Assembly: GCA_017624285.1 (NCBI GenBank)
Contig: JAGANI010000033.1
Coordinates: forward strand, 822-64,821
Length of the DNA stretch: 64,000 bases
From: Clostridia bacterium
GTDB taxonomy: Bacteria > Bacillota > Clostridia > Christensenellales > Borkfalkiaceae
Direction of reading: 5' to 3'
Part shown: positions 47,027 to 56,400 of the stretch, in pieces
Layout of the letters: every line of letters begins with the position of its first letter
Numbering within the stretch: the stretch's first letter is position 1
The notes under the pieces: model-generated
Seen by the model: the letters and a program-made list of their open reading frames with translations, nothing else
Told to the model about the DNA's origin: nothing
Database searches by the model: none
Translations under genes and position numbers: made by a program

Positions 47027-49918
47027 ATGAAAAGATTATTTAAAGTTTTACTTTTATCCCTTATAGTTGCAATTTCAGCCGTAGGTTTTATGGCTTGCAA
47101 AAACAAAAACGACGATGGCGGTAGCGGCGGTGGTGGCGGCGGAACTCCCCCCACTCCTATCGAAGCACCTTTATACAATAACGAATCTCGCGACCCTAAA
47201 TACAACGTTTATAACGGTATTACCGTTGACGGCGTAGTTTCTTTAAATGAGTGGGACAAATACGACAGTTTAGTGTTTGAGGAAATGCAAATCGGTGGTG
47301 TATCGCACTACGTAGAGTGGGGTTCAACTTTCTCTGACGAAGGCGTGGTATTCTTTGCCAAAGTTTTAGGCTCACCGGCATACTATAATCCCGAACGTCT
47401 TATTTACGAAAATTCTGGTGTAGAACTTTTCCTCGCACCCCGTGGCGAAACTAATTTAGAAGACGGCAAAACTTGGGAAATCGAGCTTTTCCCCAACGGC
47501 GAATATGGTTCTCACTTATGGTCGGCTTACGGCGATATTAAGGGCGCGTATCGTCGCGCTAACTGTGATATCGATATCGTTGGCACGGTTGACGGCGAAT
47601 TAAACTCTCCACAAAACAACGGCTATACTATAGAGTGGATGATTCCTTGGCTCTATTTAGGGTTAGATGAAGCCCCCGCTTATGTTAATGCGGATTTAGC
47701 CGTTATGTATTGCCCGTCTTACACTGGTAAGCGTGAAGCGTGGGTATCATTACGTAACACGCATGGCGAAAGTTTCTCTTGGACTAATCCTTACGAGTGG
47801 TACGCTTTCACTAAAGACGGTGTGTTTGACGAAAACGGCGCTACGTTATATACTGTAAACGGTAATACAACCCCCGTTGGTGGGTCTATTGAAGTTTTAG
47901 GTAGTTATAAAGACGGGACTACCGTCGTGGCAAAGCCCGAAAATGGTTATCAATTAAAGTCGTTAAAAGTAAACGGCGTACAAGTTAATGCGTTAAGTTA
48001 TAGCGTTTCGGCAAAATTCGACAGACATCTTGATATCGAAGTAGAATTTAAGCCTATCGAAGGCAACCCCTTTACGTTTGTGCCTAAGGCTGGTTATGCT
48101 TATACGGAAAAATTACCAGTTGGGACAGACGTTCCTATAACCTTAGTTGGCGATAACGGTATTTACGCAGGTATTACCGACGAGGACGGCAAGGCTATTA
48201 TTTATGCACCCGATGGCGATTATAGCGTTATTATACCTAACTATAACGGTGGTAGTTTAACCCTTAATTACGATCAAAACGGCGATAACGTTTATGAAAT
48301 CGTGCTTGTTAAAGGTGTTTTAGCAACCACTGGTACTGGTGCTACTTTAACCGATAACGAAAGTGCTTCGGGCGCAACGTTAACAGGCGTAATTAGTGAT
48401 ACCGATAGATTATTATCTGGCTTTGGTAGTTTGGGCGTAGATTTTAGTGGTAAAGTTATTTTAGATTACGTCTACGGCGTAGATGGGTCTTCAATTGCTT
48501 GTACCTTTATTAGATGGTCGTCTTTAGCAAATACCTTCTATAATAACCAAGTTGCTTGGCAATCAAATAAACTTATCTTAAAAGAAGATGAGAAGTCCGT
48601 TAAGGAAGTTTTAGGCACAGGCATTATCGAAGCAAATATTATTTACGTTGTAGAAGATAATAAAGTTGCTTGTTACTTAAAGACGGGGGACGTATACGAG
48701 CATTTATTCACAAACGTTGCAGGTGGCAAGGTAACTGGCTTTAGTTTTGAGTCTGTTGAAAATAGAGGTACGTATTACTATAAAAACATAAAAGTTTACG
48801 ACGGCGTTTATGCGGAAAATTATAGTAAAGCGATAGTATCCGCAACCGAAAACCCTGACGTAACTATTGCTATAAGTAAAGAAAACGTAAGCTTTGGCGA
48901 TACTATTACCTTTACAGCATCCCCTAACGAAGGTGATACTTCCGTTATGATAACCGGTGTAACCCTTAACGGTAATCCTGTTGATTACAGCACCGATGCT
49001 AACGGCGTAGTAACGTACACCTTTACCCATTTAGGTGGTGTAGATGCTTATAATTTTGTAGTAAATACTATTAAAGTTAATAGTGATCCTGTTGAATTCA
49101 CCGTTAAGCATAAATTTGCTTATTTAGACCCCGCTTTGGTATCAAACGGCGCACAATTTACCATTTCTGGGACAGAAGGCACGTTTACTGGTACTGTAAA
49201 TAACGGTAAAATTTCTATTAAAATCCCCGACGGTGTATTTACCATTTCTGGGCTAGGGTACGCTTCAACTACTATCACGGTAGAAAACGGCTACGCTAAC
49301 TTAAACGAAGTTGTCTTATTAAGACAGGTAATTTCGCACTACGGTAGTTACGGTTCACTCGTTACCGACGGCACTAACGGTGCAAACGGTGGTAGTGTTG
49401 ATTTTGGTTCAAATACTTCAGTTAAATTTATTAAAGACTATTTCTATTTTGGCGAATCCGTTGACTGGAGCAAGTTAGCCGTTATCGAATACGACTTTAC
49501 CTTATCTAACGACGCTAAAATATTTAGTGGTATTTTCTTCCGTTCAAACGATAAGTTAAACACCACGCACTTTGGCGCTTACTTTAATCAAGGTTCTTGG
49601 GCAGGTTCTAACATAAATATACGTCATAACGATAATAAAACCACGCAATACGTAGCCAATGCTGATAACAGTATATCAGACGGCTCAAGCGTTACTATAA
49701 AGGTAGTATGCGTATCTAACGGCACTACGGTTGATTTTTACGTTATCAATAAATCGGGCGTTATTAATAAGGTATTTACCGAAACCGTTACCGATAGCTT
49801 TACCCACGTTATGACCAAGATTGACGACCACGAATCCGGCTCTTGTAAGTGGACCAACGTTAAAATTTACGATGGCAACGACGCTACCGTAAAACTTACC
49901 GAACTTGGTATTAACTAA
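47027..49918 (+). CDS. Surface lipoprotein, module 3 tail (963 aa): CBM9/DOMON-like + Ig-like + ConA/LamG-like modules
   Basis: Starts 14 nt after the head gene. It has its own signal peptide MKRLFKVLLLSLIVAISAVGFMAC and a G/P linker, then DGVVSLNEWD...GYTIEWMIPW. It is homologous to the C-terminal two thirds of modules 1 and 2. Confidence 0.85.
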   Translation: MKRLFKVLLLSLIVAISAVGFMACKNKNDDGGSGGGGGGTPPTPIEAPLYNNESRDPKYNVYNGITVDGVVSLNEWDKYDSLVFEEMQIGGVSHYVEWGSTFSDEGVVFFAKVLGSPAYYNPERLIYENSGVELFLAPRGETNLEDGKTWEIELFPNGEYGSHLWSAYGDIKGAYRRANCDIDIVGTVDGELNSPQNNGYTIEWMIPWLYLGLDEAPAYVNADLAVMYCPSYTGKREAWVSLRNTHGESFSWTNPYEWYAFTKDGVFDENGATLYTVNGNTTPVGGSIEVLGSYKDGTTVVAKPENGYQLKSLKVNGVQVNALSYSVSAKFDRHLDIEVEFKPIEGNPFTFVPKAGYAYTEKLPVGTDVPITLVGDNGIYAGITDEDGKAIIYAPDGDYSVIIPNYNGGSLTLNYDQNGDNVYEIVLVKGVLATTGTGATLTDNESASGATLTGVISDTDRLLSGFGSLGVDFSGKVILDYVYGVDGSSIACTFIRWSSLANTFYNNQVAWQSNKLILKEDEKSVKEVLGTGIIEANIIYVVEDNKVACYLKTGDVYEHLFTNVAGGKVTGFSFESVENRGTYYYKNIKVYDGVYAENYSKAIVSATENPDVTIAISKENVSFGDTITFTASPNEGDTSVMITGVTLNGNPVDYSTDANGVVTYTFTHLGGVDAYNFVVNTIKVNSDPVEFTVKHKFAYLDPALVSNGAQFTISGTEGTFTGTVNNGKISIKIPDGVFTISGLGYASTTITVENGYANLNEVVLLRQVISHYGSYGSLVTDGTNGANGGSVDFGSNTSVKFIKDYFYFGESVDWSKLAVIEYDFTLSNDAKIFSGIFFRSNDKLNTTHFGAYFNQGSWAGSNINIRHNDNKTTQYVANADNSISDGSSVTIKVVCVSNGTTVDFYVINKSGVINKVFTETVTDSFTHVMTKIDDHESGSCKWTNVKIYDGNDATVKLTELGIN

Positions 49919-49950
49919 ATAAAGCGCAACACGCTTAATTAAATAAAATT

Positions 49951-49982
49951 AAGACGCTACTTTTTTGGTGGCGTCTTTTTTT
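49951..49982 (+). terminator. Intrinsic terminator after module 3 (a paralogous copy lies at 57414-57449)
   Basis: AAGACGCtacttttttggtgGCGTCTT followed by TTTTTT. Confidence 0.7.
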
Positions 49983-50007
49983 GCATGATTTTTTAGTATT
50001 AACAAAA

Positions 50008-50530
50008 GGGGATTGTCACGCTCGTTGTTACTTCTCACAATTACGGGTAGATACGTGGGGGAGGCACTCTCGTTGTTACTTCTCACAATGACAAAAAATA
50101 ATATGTCATTCTGAGCAAAACTTCTGTTTTGCGTGAGAATCCCCTACCTTAGAAAATTACAAAACGGGGGATTGTCACGCTTACGCTCACAATGACAGCA
50201 ACACAATTGTCATTCCGAGCAAAACTTCTGTTTTGCGTGAGAATCCCCTACATTAGAAAATTATACAGGGGATTGTTACGCTCGTTGTTACTTTTCACAA
50301 TGGCAGGATTATTTTTATTGTCATTCTGAGAAAGCCTTTTGGCTTTCGTAAGAATCCCCTGTACTCTCTTGTCATTCTGAGTAGGACTTTTGTCCTACGT
50401 GAGAATCTCCTACCTTAGAAAATTACAAAAAGGGAGATTGTCACGTCGCTGACGCTCCTCACAATGACGTAAACAAATGGTGGCATCCTAAGTAAACTTC
50501 GTTTGCGTGAGAATCCCCTATCATAGAAAG
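50008..50530. repeat. REP-like nested-palindrome repeat cluster 3 (about 10 units)
   Basis: Same GTCATTCTGAG...GAGAATCCCC / GGGATTGTCACG...CACAATGAC family. It shares linkers with cluster 1 (ctgtactctctt, ccttagaaaattacaaaa) and cluster 2 (ctacattagaaaattatacagggg). Confidence 0.9.
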
Positions 50531-50566
50531 TAATTAGTCATTTTTAGTAATGCAACGCCTTTCGCA

Positions 50567-50576
50567 CCCCCCCCCC
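50567..50576. repeat. C10 homopolymer, inverted partner of the G10 tract at 50651-50660
   Basis: ttcgcaCCCCCCCCCCaccataat. It lies 74 nt upstream of the G10 tract, and the flanks are partly complementary (ATAAT/ATTAT, AGTGG/CCACT). Confidence 0.9.
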
Positions 50577-50635
50577 ACCATAATAAACGCAGTGGGCTAC
50601 AATTTAATAATGGATTAAAATAGTTTTAAAACCAC

Positions 50636-50666
50636 TTGACAAAAATTATTGGGGGGGGGGTATACT
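50636..50666 (+). promoter_or_regulatory. Candidate promoter with a G10 tract inside the -35/-10 spacer (possible slipped-strand phase switch)
   Basis: TTGACA (50636-50641), then the 19-nt spacer aaaattattGGGGGGGGGG, then TATACT (50661-50666). It points toward module 4. Losing two G would give the optimal 17-nt spacer. Confidence 0.4.
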
Positions 50667-50830
50667 AATTGTATAAACTGTAAAGTTGCCTTTTTGCATA
50701 AAAATTTTCTTAAAATGTATAAAATTTAAAAAATCACTATTATTTTTTAAAAAATAGCAAGATTTACCATTTTTTTCATTATATAATGTGATTAGAAGTT
50801 GCATAAACATTGTTTTTTTTAATTTTGCTA

Positions 50831-50859
50831 TTGACAAAATATAAATTATAATTTATATT
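50831..50859 (+). promoter_or_regulatory. Second candidate promoter upstream of module 4
   Basis: TTGACA, a 17-nt spacer, then TATATT, about 300 nt upstream of the 51161 start. Confidence 0.35.
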
Positions 50860-51160
50860 ATTATTGTACAATAGGGGAGTATCCCACTAAAAAACGGTTC
50901 TATTTGGCACAAATATAACTACTTTTAGGCAAATGTGGATTATTTTACAACCCAAAAAAGAATTATTTTACAATTAAATGCACTATTTTTTTTGTAAAAT
51001 AAAATTACTGGGCGGTTTCTGGGTAAAAACCAGCGCCAAAAACGCTATACGCGTTAATTAAATAGTTATTATACGCTTATGCACGTGTGCCAACTTTTGG
51101 GAGTAAGTTGTGTGGACGTGTTTTGGAGCGTTAAATATAAATAATAACAAGGAGAGATTT

Positions 51161-53446
51161 ATGAGAAAGTTATTTACAATGATTCTTGCAGGGTTAATGC
51201 TTTTCACTGTAGTACTTACTGGCTGTAAACCTGAAGAAGGTCAAGTTAACAGCGGCGTAAGTGGCTTTGGCGCAAGCATTTACTCACAAGCAACCGGTGG
51301 CACTGATCAAAGCGTACACGGCGTAACGGCTGATGGCAGACCCACCGCAACACTTGTAGAAGGCGTTCATTACAGTGATGAAATCGGCGTATACGATGAA
51401 GACAACAAGCGCGAAAGCATTGAAGTCTATAATAAAGACATCTTCTATCGTAACGATACTTGGTTCACTTGTGCTGACCCTGCTACTTTTAGATGTGAGG
51501 ACGAAACCGATCCTGAAAACTACGGTAAGTTTTTTATGTACGGTACAACAGGCGTAGGTATTTACAACTGTTTCGTTTCAGACGACTTAGTTAGTTGGAA
51601 GCCTAGGGCTGCAGCATACGTATGTCCTCTTGACGGTTGGGAAGGCTTAGATACTTGGGCGCCCGAAGTTATTTGGGATAAAAACGCTGATAGAGCATCT
51701 TACGGCTTAAATCCTGAAGATAAGGGTACTGGCGTATACTTTATTTTCTATACCGCAGGTCCTTCACAAAAATATTACTATCAAACTGATACAACTCGTA
51801 ACTTAGAGTTAGGTTTAGCAGTATCAACTAGCCCCTGTGGTCCTTTCCAAATGTGGAATGGTGTAGAAAAGGGCGCAACTATTGCCGGCGTTAACTACGG
51901 CACTGCTGAAGGTTATCAAAAATATACCACTTATAAAGATAAAGATTTAGCTGAAGTTCCCGAACACGGCAGACGTAATAATGAAGTTACCAACGACGAT
52001 ATTTGGTTTAACGTTCCCGCAGTTCGTGCATCGCTTGATTTCCAATTCAAAAACAAGGATAAAGCAGGCAACTGGGTAGATCCCGATGGCAATATCGTTG
52101 ATCCCGACCAAGTTGATAATGCAACCTATATTTATCCTAACGCAAAACATATGCCCGCAAACGACTCTCATTCGGGTATGGTTAACCTTGACGCTAACCC
52201 CTTTGTAGATCCACAAACTGGTGAATATTATATGTATTTCTCACGTGGTCAAAGTGGTCCTATAACTTCATATCAAGATGAAAAAGGCACTATTTATGCA
52301 GGTCAAACTATTTACGTTGTTAAGATGATTGATAGGGACTGGTCACAAGTTGATTATTCTTCCGTAAATATGATCGTTCGTCCACACTTATCTTTCGTTT
52401 CTCAAGCAGCGTGTGACGATTATTACGAACAAGCTAAAAACTTCGACAATACTCCTTATAAAATTAAAGTTGACGAAGTTAAAGGCGCAACCGAAAACCC
52501 CTTTACTTGGGATTTTGTAAACTCCGATACTTGTGCAAGTAAAATTAACGAAGGCCCACATATGTACTATAATGCTGATTGTGGTCTTTACTACTTATCC
52601 TTCTCCGCAGGTAACTACGGCGTTAACACTTACGCTTCTAACTTAGTAGTAGGTTATAGCCCGATGGGTCCGTTCAGAAAGTTAACTTATGAAGAAGGCG
52701 GCGCAATGCTTACCGTTGACCTTGGTAGAACCAGCGACGTTATGAGCGGTGTTGGTCACCACTCTTTCGTAACCGTTGGTGATGAACTTATCATTAACTA
52801 CCACCGTCAATTAGACCCCAAAGGTAACTACCACAACCGTGGTCCTGCTATCGATAGGGTACAATGGGTACTTAACGAAAACGGTTTACCAGTTATGTAC
52901 ACTAACGGTCCTTCTAACACGATACAACCTATCGTTTACGGCACAGGTCAAACTAAGTACGATATCATCTCTGACGAAGCAACCGTTTCCGCTATAGGCA
53001 ATGCAACTTATAACGATTTAAGTTTATTAAACGATGGTCTTATTAGGGTTCACCCGTCTGGCGACTTAATCGGTCCTTTCGTAAAAGATTTCGAGTTTAA
53101 TGGTAGCGAACTTACTTTAGTATTCAACTTTGGTGAATACCGTGATATCGCTGCAATAATGGTATATCAAAACAGTGTTTGGGAATACACCTTTAACGAT
53201 GTTGCTAAGATCGAAATGGACGTATTAAAAGACGGCATTGACGGCGTATTTATTATTGAAAACTTAAAATACGACTGGGATATGGGTGAACAAGTTGATG
53301 CAGGCAACATGCGTCCCGCAACTAGCGCAAACGCTGTGTTTGAAGAAGTTAAATGTAAAGAAGTTCGTGTTACGGTAAAAGCACCGTATGCAGATCCCGT
53401 TCGTATACCTGAAATTTACATTTTAGGCGTACCTAAAAATGCGTAA
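51161..53446 (+). CDS. Surface lipoprotein, module 4 head (761 aa): GH43-like propeller + discoidin-like domain
   Basis: Start set to ATG 51161 (AAGGAGAG upstream). Signal peptide MRKLFTMILAGLMLFTVVLTGC. Motifs CADPATFRC, MYGTT, TWAPE, LDANPFVDP, NEGPHMYY, GVGHHSF. It ends ...IYILGVPKNA* like module 3. Confidence 0.85.
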   Translation: MRKLFTMILAGLMLFTVVLTGCKPEEGQVNSGVSGFGASIYSQATGGTDQSVHGVTADGRPTATLVEGVHYSDEIGVYDEDNKRESIEVYNKDIFYRNDTWFTCADPATFRCEDETDPENYGKFFMYGTTGVGIYNCFVSDDLVSWKPRAAAYVCPLDGWEGLDTWAPEVIWDKNADRASYGLNPEDKGTGVYFIFYTAGPSQKYYYQTDTTRNLELGLAVSTSPCGPFQMWNGVEKGATIAGVNYGTAEGYQKYTTYKDKDLAEVPEHGRRNNEVTNDDIWFNVPAVRASLDFQFKNKDKAGNWVDPDGNIVDPDQVDNATYIYPNAKHMPANDSHSGMVNLDANPFVDPQTGEYYMYFSRGQSGPITSYQDEKGTIYAGQTIYVVKMIDRDWSQVDYSSVNMIVRPHLSFVSQAACDDYYEQAKNFDNTPYKIKVDEVKGATENPFTWDFVNSDTCASKINEGPHMYYNADCGLYYLSFSAGNYGVNTYASNLVVGYSPMGPFRKLTYEEGGAMLTVDLGRTSDVMSGVGHHSFVTVGDELIINYHRQLDPKGNYHNRGPAIDRVQWVLNENGLPVMYTNGPSNTIQPIVYGTGQTKYDIISDEATVSAIGNATYNDLSLLNDGLIRVHPSGDLIGPFVKDFEFNGSELTLVFNFGEYRDIAAIMVYQNSVWEYTFNDVAKIEMDVLKDGIDGVFIIENLKYDWDMGEQVDAGNMRPATSANAVFEEVKCKEVRVTVKAPYADPVRIPEIYILGVPKNA

Positions 53447-53460
53447 GGAGGTAAATTAAT

Positions 53461-56400
53461 ATGAAAAAATTATTTAAAGTTTTACTTCTTGCACTTTTAG
53501 TAGTAGTTTCAGCTATCGGCGTTATGGCTTGCAATAACAAAAACAACGATGGCGGCGGCGGTGGTGGTACACCCCCCACACCCACAACACCTATCTATCC
53601 CGATCAATACCATGACGAATCCCGTGATCCTGACTTTAATGTATACAACGGCATCACGCTTGACGGTGTAATGTCTGATGGCGAGTGGGATAACTATAAC
53701 GTTTACGAAACTGAAATTAGCCTCGGTGGTGTTGACCACGACGTTATTTGGTGTTCAACCTTCTCTAACGAAGGCGCGGTTTTCGCTATTCAAGTAGAAG
53801 GTACTCCCGTTTATTACAACATTAATAGGAGTATGACGGAAAACTCCGGTATCGAAATTTACGTTGCCCCTGGTGGCACTACCGACGTTATGGGTAAGGC
53901 TTGGCAGATGGAAATTATGCCTAACGGCATTTACCAAACCCACTTATGGCATAGTTTTGGCGGTCATAACGGTTACCGTACTGCAAACGCATATCTTGAA
54001 GTAGAAGGCACTGTTTTAGGTGCTCCGTTAAACGATCCTAACAGTACTGGTTACGTTATCGAGTGGATGATCCCTTGGAGCGTTTTCGGTTACAATTCTA
54101 ACCAAAAGCCCTCTCATATCAATATGGACGTAGCGTTCCTTTATTGCTCAACCTTTAACGGTCCTCGTGACGCTTGGGTTTCTATGCGTCAAACCAAAGA
54201 AAATAAAATTTACTCTTGGACTAATCCTTCGTCCTGGTATACTCTTACCGAATTTGGTTTCTATAATGAAGACGGCGATATCTTATCCGTTATCAACGAC
54301 GGTGAAGAAGTTGTAAACGGTACTGTTGAAGTATCGGGTACATTTAAAGAAGGTGGCGCAGTAGTAATTACCCCTGATGATGGTTACGTATTAAAATCAC
54401 TCGTTATCAATGGTAAAAAAGTTAACTCTTTATACTACTCAATGGCTCCTGCAAGTGAAAGGGTATTATACATCGACGTAGAATTTAAACCTGCTATAGG
54501 TAACCCCGTTGACTTTAACGTTGTAGGCGGTTACGTTTATACCGAAAAGGTAAATCTTGGCAAAAATATATCATTTGCGCTCACTAATGAGGCTGGCGAA
54601 GTATTCGTTGGTCTTACTGATGACGACGGCGTGGCTACCGTTTACGTTCCCGATGGCGAATATGCTTATTCAATGGACGGTTACACGGGTGGTACGGTTA
54701 CGGTAAACTCTGCAGATAACGTAGCGTACGATTTAACCTTCACTAAGATTGGTATTTCTGCTGATGGTAAAGGCGCAACTATTTCTGGTCTTGATTCTAC
54801 CGATGGCGTTACCATTATCGGTACGCCTAGCAGCACTCTCCGTATGCTCAACGGTTTCGGTTCTAACTCTAGCGTTGACTTTAATGGTAAAGTAGTAGTT
54901 GAATACGATTACGAAGTAGAATTAGGTCAAAAGACTTGTACCTTCCTTAGATGGTTAACCACTGCTGATACCTTCTATAACAACCAAGTTGCTTGGGTTG
55001 GTGCTAACTATATCGATCTTAAACAAAAGGAAACGATCGTTACGAGAGTTCCTGGTGATCCCGACGGTATTGCAAGGGTACATATCGTTTACGTTATCGA
55101 AGACAACACGGCTACGTGTTTCTTAAAGACTACCGACGGTTACGAGTTATTATTTACCAACGTTGCAGCTGGCAAAATCACTGGTTACTATTTAGAATCC
55201 GTTGAAAACGAAACTTACTACGCATATAAAAACTTCAAAGTTTACGACGGCGTATTTGCAAATCAAATTGCAAAAGCACCTTTAACGGTTTCTTCCACTG
55301 GTGAAAGTTCTGTAGAATTTAACAAGCCTCAAGCATCTTTAGGTGATCTTATCACGGTTACCGTTACACCTAATGAAGCAACAGAAGGTAAAAACGTCGT
55401 TACTTCGGTTAAAATCAATAACGAAGACGTTGATTACGTTGTAAATGCTGACGGCACTATCGTTGCTGAGTTCAGACACAACGGCAATATTCCTGCGTAC
55501 GACGTTGCAGTTACTACCGCTAACGTTAACCCTGTAGAAGTTGACTTATCTATTAAGATTACCGATATTAAAGATAATCTTTTCGCTTTAGCTAATAAAG
55601 ATTTCAAGGTAAGTGGCGTTTTAACTGCTTTTGGTACAACCGATGCTGATGGTAATGCAACTCTCGAACTCGTTGACGGTTCATACATTATCGAAGTTGA
55701 CGGCTACCTTAAATCTACCTTTGTGGTAGCAGACGGCGCGCTTACTACCGATAATATCTTAATTGCTGAAAATATCTTCATTGAAACCGATAAGTTTGAC
55801 TACGGCTTCAATACTGCTGAAGGTTACTGGTTTACTTCTTATCAAAGTGTAAATAAGTTATACTTTATTGATGACAGGATTGCTGAAGGCGACGTTATTA
55901 GTTTTACCTATACTGGTAAAGTAAAACAAGGCGCTAACCACTACCCAGAAATTCAAGTATTTGATAACAACGGTAACTCTATCTGCTTACAACTTTCACA
56001 ATGGAACGGCACACTCAATCTTAAAGACGTTGCTGCCAAAACAGTTTACGCTATTGCTAATGACGTAGAGTCTTACACGGCAAATTTATGTCTCGTATTA
56101 ACTAACGGCGTTATCGAAGTTTACTTTGCAGACGGTACTTATATTACCGCGATAAAAGGTGTTCGTTCTTCCAGCGGCAATGATGGCGCATCGTTTGGCG
56201 ACTTTGCTTCCTTCCATTGGCATTTCGAAACCGATAACCCAGCACCTGGTAACTGGAAGATTTCTAACTTCAAGGTATTAAGGGCTGCTGCGGTTGATAC
56301 CATTATCAATGCTGAAACCGCTGACGTAGTTATTAAAAACGCTAAGGGCGATACTTTAAATGCTATACCTTTTGCATTAGACGTTAAGATTTACGTAACA

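Noticed and set aside
50567-50660. Treating the C10...G10 inverted pair as the inverted repeats of a site-specific invertible promoter switch.
   Set aside because: The complementary flanks are short. The -35 would lie inside the segment and the -10 outside it. No invertase or recombinase gene is nearby. Slipped-strand variation or a hairpin is the simpler reading, and an assembly artefact cannot be excluded without reads.
50646-50837. A 63-aa minus-strand ORF ending ...SIPPPQ.
   Set aside because: It reads through the G10 tract (giving PPP), has no RBS, has AT-rich junk composition, and lies in the promoter region of module 4.
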